Shown here: positions 29,406 to 40,018 of the stretch, in pieces
Numbering within the stretch: position 1 is the first letter of the stretch
Layout of the letters: each line of letters starts with the position of its first letter
Notes under the pieces: generated by a model
Told to the model about the DNA's origin: nothing
Databases searched by the model: none
What the model saw: only the letters and a program-made list of their open reading frames with translations
Origin: an uncultured Clostridia bacterium
GTDB taxonomy: Bacteria > Bacillota > Clostridia > Christensenellales > UBA1242
NCBI GenBank assembly: GCA_934778125.1
Contig: CAKVOF010000001.1
Coordinates: 18,429 to 82,428 of the forward strand
Direction: 5' to 3'
DNA: 64,000 nucleotides
Made by a program: the position numbers and the translations under genes

Positions 29406-30821
29406 ATGAAAAAATTAAACTTTTTTGTTAAAAATAGTTATGGAGTTGGTAATTTGGCATATAGCGTGATAAGCCAAAATGTGACCAACTTTTATATGTT
29501 TTTCGGAACTGCCGTTTTAGGTGTTTCGGGCTTTTTAGTTGGGTTAGCCATCTCAATTGCCACAATGTGGGATGGGCTATCCGATTGCATAGTTGGCGGA
29601 ATTAGCGATAGATATAAAATTGGAAAATTAGGTTATAGAAACGGTTATATGCTAATTGCCACGATTGGAATGTCAGTTATAAACGTGTTGATTTGGTTTG
29701 CACCATTAAACGCACCACAAATATTGAAATTTATTTGGATTGGTGTTGGACTTTTAATTTTAGAAACATTCAACACCCTTTTTTCAACGCCCTATATGGC
29801 TCTTGGAAACGACATCGCAACCGACTCTCACGATAAAACAAGCATTCAAATATATAAAACAATGTTCTTCATTCTTGGAATCGCAATACCAAGCGTGCTT
29901 ATGTATCTTTTCCTACCAAACACAGAAAATTATCCAATAGGCCAATTAAACCCATATGGTTATAGAAAAATAAGTTTAATTTTAAGTGGAATTTGCTTAA
30001 TTGCGGGATTATTCTGCACATTTTCAACACTAAAATGTGTTGATAAAAATAGCAACGCTGATCAAAAACAAGACAAGTTTTCTTTCAAAAAGTTAATAGT
30101 TGATTTTTATTCATCATTTAAAAATAAGAACTTACGATGTTTAATAATTGGATTTGCACTATCTCAAATCACACCAACGGTTTTAACAGGTGCTGGAATG
30201 CACTTCTTCACATATTGCTTTCTTTACTCCACCAAACAAATAACTATTCTTTTATCAGTTTTAATGCTAGGAACTTTGGTCAGCCAGCCCGTTTGGTTTC
30301 ATCTAAGCAAAAAAAATGGAAAGTGCTCAACTATGATTTCGGGCATATTCGTTTCAATTTTGGGTGCTTTTTTAATTATGTTTTCTTACTTTCTAAGATT
30401 TAAACTCCTTGAATACTCCTACATTTTGGCTATAATTTCAATCTTTATTTGTGGCTTTGGAAGTGGCACGCTTTACACCTTACCAATCAGCCTATTTGGC
30501 GATGAAATTGATAAGATAAATAAGGAAACACGCTCAAATAGAACTGCCACCTATAGCGGAAATTTAACCTTTTCCGCAAACATTGCAAATGCAACTGCAC
30601 TTTTATTTATTGGCGTTCTATTAGATTTAATTCATTTTGATTCAAGCGTGGAAATTCAACCCCTTTCCGTTCAATCTGGACTTGCAATCATTCTATTTAT
30701 TGGCGTTATCATTCCCTTTTTATTAAGCACACTATTTTTCTATAAATATAAACTTTTAAATCAGTCACACTCCACAACAAATCCTAAGTTACTAAAAAAC
30801 ACCAATGACACCAAAAACTAA
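29406..30821 (+). CDS. GPH-family (MFS_2) glycoside/cation symporter-like transporter
   Basis: The protein has about 12 TM segments. The N-terminal MWDGLSDCIVGGISDR is the GPH signature region. Confidence 0.75.
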   Translation: MKKLNFFVKNSYGVGNLAYSVISQNVTNFYMFFGTAVLGVSGFLVGLAISIATMWDGLSDCIVGGISDRYKIGKLGYRNGYMLIATIGMSVINVLIWFAPLNAPQILKFIWIGVGLLILETFNTLFSTPYMALGNDIATDSHDKTSIQIYKTMFFILGIAIPSVLMYLFLPNTENYPIGQLNPYGYRKISLILSGICLIAGLFCTFSTLKCVDKNSNADQKQDKFSFKKLIVDFYSSFKNKNLRCLIIGFALSQITPTVLTGAGMHFFTYCFLYSTKQITILLSVLMLGTLVSQPVWFHLSKKNGKCSTMISGIFVSILGAFLIMFSYFLRFKLLEYSYILAIISIFICGFGSGTLYTLPISLFGDEIDKINKETRSNRTATYSGNLTFSANIANATALLFIGVLLDLIHFDSSVEIQPLSVQSGLAIILFIGVIIPFLLSTLFFYKYKLLNQSHSTTNPKLLKNTNDTKN

Positions 30822-31205
30822 ATTAACTAGCAAAAGTTAATTAAATAGTGATAGCTTGTATTATTTGAAGTTGTAGGCAAACAGTCCAAAGGGATACTTG
30901 CTAGCAACTGATGTTAATCAAAACTGTGATTCCTTGATTTATCAAGGAGTTGCGTTTATCAACTTAAAATTTAACTTGATCAAATTTTACATCACTTAGT
31001 TTGTAATATTTAATTATTCTTTATGTTGCACACAACTTGCAAGTGCATCATCTTGCTTTAAATATTTTAAGCGCTTGTTTTTAATTTATGAAATCAATTT
31101 AAAGATCACTTTTTTTACAAGTGATATCGGAATATTAAAATAAAAACCTAAAACGCTTTTTAACCACATAATAGCAAATAAAAATAATTTTTCATAATAA
31201 ATAAT

Positions 31206-31391
31206 ATGAAAAAAATGTCCCCAGAAGAAATAGCACTAATTGGAACAAGTATCGCCGTGGATTTGTGTAAGGGCAGAGATGAAGAAGAACTTGAATGCAT
31301 TAGAAACATCGCTAACCAAGTGTGTTGCACCATCGGGAATATGATATCCCAAAAATGCCTATGCAATAAATATAATCATAAAAAGTTTTAG
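31206..31391 (+). CDS. Small Cys-rich protein (61 aa), function unknown
   Basis: The ORF contains 6 Cys residues. The N-terminal MSPEEIALIGTSIAV resembles a small-protein family common in Firmicutes (from recollection). No strong RBS is visible. Confidence 0.4.
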   Translation: MKKMSPEEIALIGTSIAVDLCKGRDEEELECIRNIANQVCCTIGNMISQKCLCNKYNHKKF

Positions 31392-31472
31392 CAAAAGATG
31401 TTTTTAAATAACCCACCCCTTGCAAATTGATATTATTTATGATAAAATATATATAATAAGGGAGGTGGTGTT

Positions 31473-32405
31473 ATGGAGAAAATCACAAATATAAACGATG
31501 GTGCAATTGATGATAATTTCTGCGTTTCAGATATGCTTGGTTCGTTTAAATTGTCTGAATTTAATGGTAAAAATGTTTTCTATCAAGATGAAGCTGGCGT
31601 TACTCATGAAGATGAGGCTGTTAAATTTTTTATAACAAACGCAAACACATCTTTATCAGATGATGTTATAGAAAAAATTGCGCGTGCTCCAAAGTATGTT
31701 ATAAGCGGGCTTGGCACTTTCACGGACCACCCATCACTTAAAAACATTTCATCTATAGCAAGCGGAAAAACCGAATTGAAAGATGAGCGTTTGCAAACCA
31801 TAAAAGATGCCGACACTTACACCGCCTCAAAAGAAATGGGCCGTTACTATGAAACATATGAGAAAACAAATCCCGACATAAATAACGGCGGAGTTTACTT
31901 CTTGGCATCGGTTATTGATGGCAAAGTGCATATTATGTCTCTTAATGTTTCTGAAACTGGCCAAACTGGAAAATCTGTAACGCTTTCGTATCTTCCAAAA
32001 GGAAAAGCAAAAGATGCTGTTATGATTGAAAGACTGTGTTTGCATGGAACACTTGGCAATAAGCATGTTAATCCAGATGGCTCAATTATTGAAAACACCG
32101 ACCTTCACATTCATAGAAACTCTGAAGCATATATTGATAGCATCATTTCAGATCCAAATTTAAGCGAGCACGATAAAGTTGTTGCCTTAAACTCTCCTCC
32201 AGCGAAGCTAATCAGAAATAATGTATACGAAAACGATTTATCTTTAACTGAAATGACACAGATTTTAAATAAAGACTACGGATTAAACTATTGCGGAATC
32301 CTTGACCAAATTATAACAGACACAGATATGCCCGTGACCGACGCAATAATAAAAGAATGCAAAATTGCAGAAAAGTTTAACCCAACAAATGATAATCCAA
32401 CATAA
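31473..32405 (+). CDS. Hypothetical protein (310 aa)
   Basis: There is a strong RBS (GGGAGGTGG) 5 nt upstream of the ATG. I recognise no motif. Confidence 0.6.
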   Translation: MEKITNINDGAIDDNFCVSDMLGSFKLSEFNGKNVFYQDEAGVTHEDEAVKFFITNANTSLSDDVIEKIARAPKYVISGLGTFTDHPSLKNISSIASGKTELKDERLQTIKDADTYTASKEMGRYYETYEKTNPDINNGGVYFLASVIDGKVHIMSLNVSETGQTGKSVTLSYLPKGKAKDAVMIERLCLHGTLGNKHVNPDGSIIENTDLHIHRNSEAYIDSIISDPNLSEHDKVVALNSPPAKLIRNNVYENDLSLTEMTQILNKDYGLNYCGILDQIITDTDMPVTDAIIKECKIAEKFNPTNDNPT

Positions 32406-32486
32406 AATAGTGGATAATATAACACAAAAAAGGCGTTCCAATAGAAACGCCTTTTTATTATAAATAAAACATTATTAAAACAATCC

Positions 32487-33863
32487 TTAAAAGCTCATAT
32501 TAATTTTTTCGAATAAGAAGCGATTAAGGTCTTCAATTTTCATTCTTGTTTGTTCCATCGTATCTCTATCTCGAACAGTCACAGTGCCATTTTCTAAAGT
32601 TTCAAAATCAATAGTGATGCAATATGGTGTTCCAATTTCATCTTGACGGCGGTACCTTTTTCCGATTGAACCCGCTTCATCATAATCAACCATAAAGTTT
32701 TTCTTTAACATATTTGCAACTTCAGTTGCCTTTTCGCCTAAGTTTTTCTGAAGTGGAAGAACACACGCTTTGTATGGTGCAATGGCAGGATTAAAATGCA
32801 TAACAACTCTCATATCACCGCCTTCCAACATTTCTTCATCATATGCTTCGCAAAGAAGTGCTAAAGTTAATCTATCTGCCCCAATTGAATATTCAACAAC
32901 CGTTGGAATATATTTCTCATTTGTGTATGGGTCCATATAAAGCATTGATTTTCCGCTAAATTCTTGGTGGCGAGATAAATCCCAAGTTCCTCTATGATGG
33001 ATTCCGTTTAGTTCTTGCCAACCAATTGGAAAATTATATTGAATGTCGCAAGCGCACTTTGCGTAGTGGGCAAGTTTATCGTGGTCGTGATATCTTAGAT
33101 TTTCCGCCTTTAAGCCCAAATCTAGAAGAAAATCCCACGCTCTTTTTTTATACTCTTTATAATGTTCCATACTTTCGCTATCTTTGCAAAATAATTGATG
33201 TTCCATTTGTTCAAACTCAACCGTTCTAAATAAGAAGTTACCTGGTGTGATTTCATTTCTAAACGATTTTCCAATTTGAGCAATTCCAAAAGGAACCTTT
33301 GCCCTTGCAGTTCTTTGAATATTTAAAAAGTTAACATACTCACCTTGTGCGGTTTCGGGGCGAAGATACACCACATCTTTATCACCATCCACAGTTCCTC
33401 TTGATGTTTGGAACATAAGGTTGAAAGTTCTAATTGGTGTCCAATCGCATTTTCCGCAATTTGGACATTTGATTTCATGCTTTTTAATATAGTCTTCCAT
33501 CTCTTCATTTGTCATGGTATCTGGCACAACATCACAACCTTTGAAATTTTCGATAATCGTGTCGGCCCTGTGGCGAGTTTTGCAGTTTTTGCAATCCATT
33601 TTAGGATCACTAAAACTTGCGGTGTGTCCGCTAGCATCCCAAACTCTAGGATTCATAAGAATAGCCGCATCAACTCCATAACTGTTTTCGTTTTCTTGAA
33701 CAAACCTTTTCCACCAAGCTTTTTTAACATTGTTTTTTAATTCCACACCCACTGGTCCAAAATCCCAAGTGTTTGCAAAACCACCATATATATCGCTTCC
33801 TGGAAACACAAATCCTCTTGATTTGCATAGGTTCACAATTTTTTCCATACTTGTTTTTGCCAT
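32487..33863 (-). CDS. glyQS: Glycine--tRNA ligase (alpha2 dimeric type)
   Basis: At 458 aa it fits the alpha2 type. It has class II motifs (FRNEITPGNFLFRTVEFEQME) and the C-terminal anticodon-binding region GTPYCITID. Confidence 0.92.
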   Translation of the reverse strand: MAKTSMEKIVNLCKSRGFVFPGSDIYGGFANTWDFGPVGVELKNNVKKAWWKRFVQENENSYGVDAAILMNPRVWDASGHTASFSDPKMDCKNCKTRHRADTIIENFKGCDVVPDTMTNEEMEDYIKKHEIKCPNCGKCDWTPIRTFNLMFQTSRGTVDGDKDVVYLRPETAQGEYVNFLNIQRTARAKVPFGIAQIGKSFRNEITPGNFLFRTVEFEQMEHQLFCKDSESMEHYKEYKKRAWDFLLDLGLKAENLRYHDHDKLAHYAKCACDIQYNFPIGWQELNGIHHRGTWDLSRHQEFSGKSMLYMDPYTNEKYIPTVVEYSIGADRLTLALLCEAYDEEMLEGGDMRVVMHFNPAIAPYKACVLPLQKNLGEKATEVANMLKKNFMVDYDEAGSIGKRYRRQDEIGTPYCITIDFETLENGTVTVRDRDTMEQTRMKIEDLNRFLFEKINMSF

Positions 33864-33887
33864 AATAAAACTCCTTTATAAACCAAA

Positions 33888-34865
33888 TTAAGTATCGTAA
33901 TCTTGGTCATCAATATTTTCTTTTTCTTTCGGTTTTTTCTCTGGTTTTGGCTCGTAGTCAATATCAGTGAATTCCCACATTAGTGTGGTGCTTGGAAGAA
34001 TATTCTTATTAACCTCCTCCACTGAGTTCAACACATCATAATATTTATATTTATCTTTAGTTGCTTTTTTGCTTTTTACTAAATTATTAAACTCAGGCTT
34101 AAAAATGCCAAGTTCGTAACTATGTGTGGTGTCAACAATTTCATCGGCGTTTTTAACATATGGGTTAATATATTTTCTTTCCGCCTCACAAACTGTATCC
34201 CATGTTTTTAAAGTGTGGTCAATAGTGTTTCCTCTTCTTCCCACATCTCTGATCATTCTTCTAAGAAGCCTTAAATCATCTGAAGAAATCTTTCCCGCTT
34301 TGCCCTTAAATGAACTCATCGCATTAACATAGATTGTGAAATAATTTGTTTCATCAAGGTTATTTAGAATATATGGGTTCAACACATGCAAGCCTTCAAA
34401 TATTATGATTGAATTGTATTTAACTTTAATTTCTTTGGAATTTGGGATATTTTTTCCAGTGAAAAAATCATATACTGGAAACATTGCCTTACCAGTTTTA
34501 AATAACGTTGAAAAGCAGTCTTTTATTTGTTCCACATTGATTGTTGTTGGGTTATCATAATCCCTTAGTCCATTTGGAAGAAAAGGAGTGTCTTCCCTGT
34601 TTTTAAAAAAGTCATCCATAGAAACAGTAACAACGTGTTTTCCGCGTTTTTCAAATATCTCTTGCAAAAGTTTAGCAGTTGTTGTTTTTCCAGCACAAGA
34701 TGGCCCCGCAAGAAGCACCATATTAATAGACCTTTTACGCAAAATTTTATCTGCCAAAGCGAATAACTGCCCTCTATATTTGCTTTCCGCATCAAGAATA
34801 ACTTTTCTAACATCTGCATTTATTCTATTATTTAATTCGGTTATATTATATATATTTTTTTTCAT
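33888..34865 (-). CDS. P-loop nucleoside kinase (uridine kinase / PRK family-like)
   Basis: Walker A motif GPSCAGKTTTAKLL and PRK-like IIFEGLH. The C-terminal tail is acidic. Confidence 0.65.
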   Translation of the reverse strand: MKKNIYNITELNNRINADVRKVILDAESKYRGQLFALADKILRKRSINMVLLAGPSCAGKTTTAKLLQEIFEKRGKHVVTVSMDDFFKNREDTPFLPNGLRDYDNPTTINVEQIKDCFSTLFKTGKAMFPVYDFFTGKNIPNSKEIKVKYNSIIIFEGLHVLNPYILNNLDETNYFTIYVNAMSSFKGKAGKISSDDLRLLRRMIRDVGRRGNTIDHTLKTWDTVCEAERKYINPYVKNADEIVDTTHSYELGIFKPEFNNLVKSKKATKDKYKYYDVLNSVEEVNKNILPSTTLMWEFTDIDYEPKPEKKPKEKENIDDQDYDT

Positions 34866-34894
34866 AAGTTCTCCAAAATTTCAAGCATTAAATA

Positions 34895-37585
34895 TTAATC
34901 ATTTCGCTTAATTTGGCTCAAATCGAACCACTTGATAAACGCTGAATACACAGGATATGCAGTTTCCACAAACACAACAATAAACAAAATATTTTGAAGT
35001 GATAGATTAACGTATTCAAAGAAACTAAAAGGAATAAAGTTTAATGCTAAGATTAATAGGATTAATGAGCCCATAAACAATGCCCCTCTATACACATTGA
35101 AAGGTTTGCAAAGCCTTAGAAGCACAATTAACCCAGTAAACGTAACTGTTAATGAAGCCATAGTAACGTATTCTTCAATAGAAGTAACAAAATTAAATTT
35201 ATAAACTAAATAGCAAGCCATAAAACCAACAGTGAAAAGAAGCCCAGCGGGAAGTGATTTTGCCATCAAGTTTCTTAAGAAATTACCATTAATTCTATCG
35301 GCGTTTGGTTGCAACGCCAAGAAGAATGATGGGATTCCCACAACCAAAGTTTCAAGTAAGATTAAATGGTTCGTTATAAACGGATAATCCGAACCTAAAA
35401 GTGGCATAATTAACGCCACAAGCGCCACAAAAATTGTTTTCATTAAGAATAAAGATGATGAGTTTTGAACGTTGTTAACAACTCTTCTTCCTTCTGCCAC
35501 CACGCTTGGCATACAACTAAAGTTACTATCAAGTAACACTAAGTTGCTCACGTGCCTAGCCGCTTCCGAACCGCTCGCCATCGCAATTGAACAATCCGCT
35601 TCTTTTAAGGCTAAAATGTCGTTAACGCCATCGCCAGTCATCGCAACTTTATGCCCTTTATTTTTAAGCGCTTTCACAATAATGCATTTTTGCTCTGGAG
35701 AAACTCTTCCAAAAATGGTGTAGTTATCAACCGCTTGCATAACTTGCTCATCGTTTAACCCTTCCAAACTGATATATCTTTCGGCGTTCTCAACACCAAC
35801 ACGTTTGCTTACTTCACTAACAGTGATAGGGTTATCTCCCGATATAATTTTTATCTCAACCCCATTTTCTTTAAACCATCTAATAGTTTCTTCAGCATCT
35901 TCTCTAATATGATCCTCAATAACCATAAGTGCTATAGGTGTTTTGCTTGCTGGAAGCTTATCGTTTATTATCTCACCATCACACTTTGCCAACATAAGAA
36001 CTCTAAAGCCTTTGCTAGCATAGGTTTTCACTTGACTATCAATTTCCTTATTTTTAACCTTATATATAAATTCTGGCGCACCAAAAGCATATGTTTCACC
36101 GTTTTTGAAAGTAACCGCACTGAGTTTTCTTGAACTTGTGAATGGTAAAACCGTTTTAGCGGTGAATTCTTTACTATAACCAAAGTGGTTTGCCAGCGCC
36201 CTAGATGTTGCATTGTTGTCATCTAATGCGGTTAGCATTGAGCCCACAATATCACCAATTGGTGTGGATAGCAAATTATTGATTTGAATAACAGTGTTAA
36301 CTTTCATTGTTCCATCTGTTATTGTGCCTGTTTTATCTAAACACAACACATCAGTTCTTGCAAGCATTTCAATTGAGTAAAGGTCTTGCACCAATGTTCT
36401 TTTCTTTGCAAGCTTAATAACACCCGTTGCAAGAGCCAAACTTGTTAGTAAAAACATTCCCGCTGGAATAACACCAATTATAACACCAGCAGTTCTTTTA
36501 ATAGTGTAGGCAATTGTTGCCCCATCTTTAACAATATTATAATAAGTTAAAATTGCTAGCGGAATTATTGCAAGACCAATAACCCTAATAACCAATCTCA
36601 TACTTTTCAATAATTCGCTTTGTGGTTTTTTAAATTGAGTGGCTTTTTGAGATAGTTTAGAAACATAAGTTTTGCCACCAACTTTCTCAGCCCTTGCCAC
36701 ACACTTTCCACCAACAACAAACGAGCCAGCATAAATAGTATCGCCTTTGCGTTTCTTAACAGGAACACTTTCACCCGTTAACATACTCTCATTAACTTCT
36801 AATTCACCATCTAAAATTAAGCAATCCGCACAAATTTGTTTTCCAGTTGAAAACTTCAAAATATCATCTAACACAACTTCATCAGACTTTATTTCTTGCT
36901 CTAATCCATCACGAACAACTTTAACGAGTGGGTTTACCACAAGCTTAATTTTTTCAATTGTTTTTTTCGCTTTAATTTCCTGAATAATTCCAATAAGAAT
37001 GTTGGCAACCACAATGAATAAAAAGAAAACATTTGAATAAGCCCCAACAGCAACTAAGGCACCAGCAACTAAAAAACACAACAAGTTGAAAAATGTTAAC
37101 ACATTCGTTAAGATAATTTTCATATAAGATTTTTTATTTTTATCTTTAACAGCATTTACTAAACCTTTAGACTTTCTTTCATCAACTTGGCTAGAGTTTA
37201 AACCAGCAGAAATACTAGGATTAAACCTTTTGATTTCTTCTTTTTTACTCTCCTTTTTCGCACGCCTTTTTGTGTGTGGTTGAATAATCACAACTGAGCT
37301 TTCAATATCATTTGCACTTTTAACCGCCACCCTTTTTTGCCTGTTTTCTTTGCTACCTTTAGCATTAATTTCATCTTGGCTTTTATAATCGCTTGCCACG
37401 TCCGCTTGATTTTCATACGCTGTTTCATTTTCAATATTTTCTAAGTTTGTGGCACTTCCATCTATCAAAACATCATATTTTTGCTCGTTATCTTTCATAT
37501 TAACCTTTGCATTATTTTCATCTAGTGGTGTTTGATAATTTTTAACTTTTTTATTCTTAAATTTTTTATCGCGTTTTTTGACCAT
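34895..37585 (-). CDS. Cation-translocating P-type ATPase (P2-like) with a roughly 150-aa Lys-rich N-terminal extension
   Basis: The motifs TGES, DKTGTIT (phosphorylation site) and GDGVNDILALKEADCSIAM are present, with about 10 TM segments. Confidence 0.9.
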   Translation of the reverse strand: MVKKRDKKFKNKKVKNYQTPLDENNAKVNMKDNEQKYDVLIDGSATNLENIENETAYENQADVASDYKSQDEINAKGSKENRQKRVAVKSANDIESSVVIIQPHTKRRAKKESKKEEIKRFNPSISAGLNSSQVDERKSKGLVNAVKDKNKKSYMKIILTNVLTFFNLLCFLVAGALVAVGAYSNVFFLFIVVANILIGIIQEIKAKKTIEKIKLVVNPLVKVVRDGLEQEIKSDEVVLDDILKFSTGKQICADCLILDGELEVNESMLTGESVPVKKRKGDTIYAGSFVVGGKCVARAEKVGGKTYVSKLSQKATQFKKPQSELLKSMRLVIRVIGLAIIPLAILTYYNIVKDGATIAYTIKRTAGVIIGVIPAGMFLLTSLALATGVIKLAKKRTLVQDLYSIEMLARTDVLCLDKTGTITDGTMKVNTVIQINNLLSTPIGDIVGSMLTALDDNNATSRALANHFGYSKEFTAKTVLPFTSSRKLSAVTFKNGETYAFGAPEFIYKVKNKEIDSQVKTYASKGFRVLMLAKCDGEIINDKLPASKTPIALMVIEDHIREDAEETIRWFKENGVEIKIISGDNPITVSEVSKRVGVENAERYISLEGLNDEQVMQAVDNYTIFGRVSPEQKCIIVKALKNKGHKVAMTGDGVNDILALKEADCSIAMASGSEAARHVSNLVLLDSNFSCMPSVVAEGRRVVNNVQNSSSLFLMKTIFVALVALIMPLLGSDYPFITNHLILLETLVVGIPSFFLALQPNADRINGNFLRNLMAKSLPAGLLFTVGFMACYLVYKFNFVTSIEEYVTMASLTVTFTGLIVLLRLCKPFNVYRGALFMGSLILLILALNFIPFSFFEYVNLSLQNILFIVVFVETAYPVYSAFIKWFDLSQIKRND

Positions 37586-37910
37586 TGCATCACCTTTTAG
37601 TGTTCTAAATCAAAAATAATTATCTCTTAACTACTCTTAAAAGACAATTTTCAGACTCACTTTAAATTTTACTAAAATTTCCGCTAAATGTAAAGAAAAA
37701 GAATGTTAATAAATGCGATAGTGCATATTAATTAATAAACATCAAACATTTTTTTGCATTAGTAAATCCTCTCTTAATTTAAACGCACGCTTTTTAATAT
37801 TTAGTATGGCTATCCTAACCACTAATTTACAATCAAATAGGTTAAAAACTTGCCAAATAAAATTTTCAGTGCTATACTTTTGCCATAATAATATATAAAA
37901 GGAAAAAGTT

Positions 37911-39089
37911 ATGGCAAAAATAACCGCTGATGAATTATTAGAAAAAATCAAAAGAGTTGCAACCCATATCTACTCAATTGAGGATTTAGAAGAAAAAATT
38001 AAAAGTGGCAAAAAATTAAGAATAAAATTTGGTGCAGATCCATCAAGGCCAGACCTTCACCTTGGCCACACTGTTCCACTAAGAGTTTTAAAAGCTTTCC
38101 AAGATGCTGGCCACGAAGTTGTGTTTTTGATTGGTGACTTCACCGCTATGATTGGCGATCCATCTGGTAAAAGCAAAACTCGCCCAAGCCTTTCATTTGA
38201 AGAAACCCGAAAAAATTCTGAAACATACATCAATCAAGTTGTTAAGATTCTTGATATTGATAAAATTAAAGTGGTGTATAACTCTGAATGGCTATCTAAA
38301 ATGAGTTTTGAAGATGTTTTGAAACTTGGTGCTAAATATACCGTTGCAAGATTGCTGGAGCGTGATGACTTTGCAAAAAGGCTTGCCGAGCAAAAACCTA
38401 TTGGAGTTCACGAAATGTTTTACCCATTGATGCAAGGTTATGATTCTGTGGCTTTAAATTGCGACATTGAAATTGGTGGAACTGACCAAACATTTAACGT
38501 GTTAGTTGGAAGAGAGCTTCAAAGAGATTATAACCAAACTCCTCAAACCGTTATCACTTTCCCTCTTCTAGTTGGATTAGATGGCGTTGAAAAAATGAGT
38601 AAAAGTTTGGGGAACTATATAGGAATTTCTGAAGATGCTGAAACTATGTTTGAAAAAGCAATGAAGATTCAAGATGGCGTTCTTGAAACTTATTTTGAAC
38701 TAACCACCGATTATGATTTAGATAAAGCAAAAGACTTAATCAAAAACGATATAATTGAAGCACACGTGGAGTATGCAAAAACAATCGTTGAGATGTATCA
38801 CTCAAAAGAAGATGCAGTTAGAGCATATGAAAGATATAAGCAAGTGGCGAGTGGTGGCGTTCCAACAAACGTGGAAGAAACAAAAATTGGTAAAGATAAA
38901 GCAACTTTAATTGAATGCATTATGGCAAGTGGCCTTTGCAAAAGCACAAGTGAAGCTAGAAGATTAATCCAAGGAAACGGCGTTAAAGTTAATGGAGCTA
39001 TTTGCACAAACTTCAACGAAGAATTGGATTTAACAAAAGAAACAATTATTCAAAAAGGCAAAAATAAATTTTTTAAAGCAGTTAAGTAA
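37911..39089 (+). CDS. tyrS: Tyrosine--tRNA ligase
   Basis: HIGH-type motif (DLHLGH), KMSKS motif, and a C-terminal S4-like domain (RRLIQGNGVKVNG). Confidence 0.92.
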   Translation: MAKITADELLEKIKRVATHIYSIEDLEEKIKSGKKLRIKFGADPSRPDLHLGHTVPLRVLKAFQDAGHEVVFLIGDFTAMIGDPSGKSKTRPSLSFEETRKNSETYINQVVKILDIDKIKVVYNSEWLSKMSFEDVLKLGAKYTVARLLERDDFAKRLAEQKPIGVHEMFYPLMQGYDSVALNCDIEIGGTDQTFNVLVGRELQRDYNQTPQTVITFPLLVGLDGVEKMSKSLGNYIGISEDAETMFEKAMKIQDGVLETYFELTTDYDLDKAKDLIKNDIIEAHVEYAKTIVEMYHSKEDAVRAYERYKQVASGGVPTNVEETKIGKDKATLIECIMASGLCKSTSEARRLIQGNGVKVNGAICTNFNEELDLTKETIIQKGKNKFFKAVK

Positions 39090-39207
39090 AAAATTTTAAA
39101 ACAACTATTTATTTTAAAGCAATAGTAAGTTTTAAAATATCGTATACAATAGTAACAATATGTTTTAGTTTTTCATAAATAACAAAAGAAAAACATAAGG
39201 GGGAATT

Positions 39208-39645
39208 ATGAAAATCTCAACAAAATGGAAAAATATTATTGCGTGGGTTTCAAGTTTTGTTGGAACAATTGCATTTATTTTGGTTGGCGGATATATTTGG
39301 CAAAAAGGAACTGAGGAAGAAAAAAAGAATCTTAAAAATGTGTTTATAGTGCATTTAGTGTTTATAGCAATTGGCGCCCTAATCACTTTGGTGGATACCC
39401 TTGCATTTTCAATTTGTGGTGCATCATACTCTAGCGGATTCTATAATTTTTGGAGAATTTTCAAAGCGTTAGTGGTTATTGCAAGTTTAATAACTCACTT
39501 AGTGTTCGTTATAATTGAACTAACAAAAAAGGAATTTTCAGCAAACTCAAACGAAACAAAAACGCAAACTTTAGAATCAAAACAAACTAAAGTTAAAACA
39601 ACTAAAATTTCTGAAAACACAGACACAGAAAAAAGTGAAAATTAA
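39208..39645 (+). CDS. Small membrane protein, function unknown
   Basis: The protein has three to four hydrophobic segments. The RBS GGGGGA lies upstream. Confidence 0.55.
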   Translation: MKISTKWKNIIAWVSSFVGTIAFILVGGYIWQKGTEEEKKNLKNVFIVHLVFIAIGALITLVDTLAFSICGASYSSGFYNFWRIFKALVVIASLITHLVFVIIELTKKEFSANSNETKTQTLESKQTKVKTTKISENTDTEKSEN

Positions 39646-39660
39646 TAAAATTGTTTAAAT

Positions 39661-39693
39661 ACAAAAACTCCTAATTGAATTAGGAGTTTTTGT
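39661..39693. terminator. Bidirectional terminator
   Basis: The sequence acaaaaactcctaattgaattaggagtttttgt forms the hairpin. Confidence 0.75.
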
Positions 39694-39717
39694 ATTCTCA
39701 GTGATTTTTTAATTATA

Positions 39718-39960
39718 AAACACTCTTTCATTAAACTATAATCTTTAAAATAAAACTAGTCCACTATGTGGACTAGCTATGATTATTTCATAAAATCATC
39801 TTTTATCAAACTACAGTCTTTAAAAAACTAGTCCACTATGGTGGACTAGCCTTTCTTTATAAAAAACACCTTTATGATCTAGTCCGCTATTGTGAACTAG
39901 CCTTTCTTAACAGAACCCATCTCTCTAACAAAACTAGTCCACAAAATATGAGGACTAGTT
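39718..39960. repeat. Tandem array of four related hairpin units (CTAGTCCAC-N3-4-GTGGACTAG)
   Basis: H1 is 39756-39776 (9-bp perfect stem) and H2 is 39828-39849 (9-bp perfect stem). H3 is 39879-39900 (degenerate) and H4 is 39934-39958 (7-10 bp stem, larger loop). The flanks are also related: tcatcttttatcaaactacagtctttaaaaaa versus ctctttcattaaactataatctttaaaataaa, and agcctttctt follows both H2 and H3. On the minus strand H1, H2 and H4 are each followed by T-runs. Confidence 0.8.
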
Positions 39961-40018
39961 TTGATTTAATAATTAAATCATTTTTAGCAAACTATGAATT
40001 AGTTTAACTTTAACGCAT

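Noticed and set aside
39756-39958. A possible CRISPR array, suggested by regularly spaced palindromic repeats.
   Set aside because: There are only four units, and the repeats degrade progressively. The 'spacers' share sequence with each other, so this is a tandem duplication. No cas genes are present, and the hairpins with T-runs behave like intrinsic terminators.
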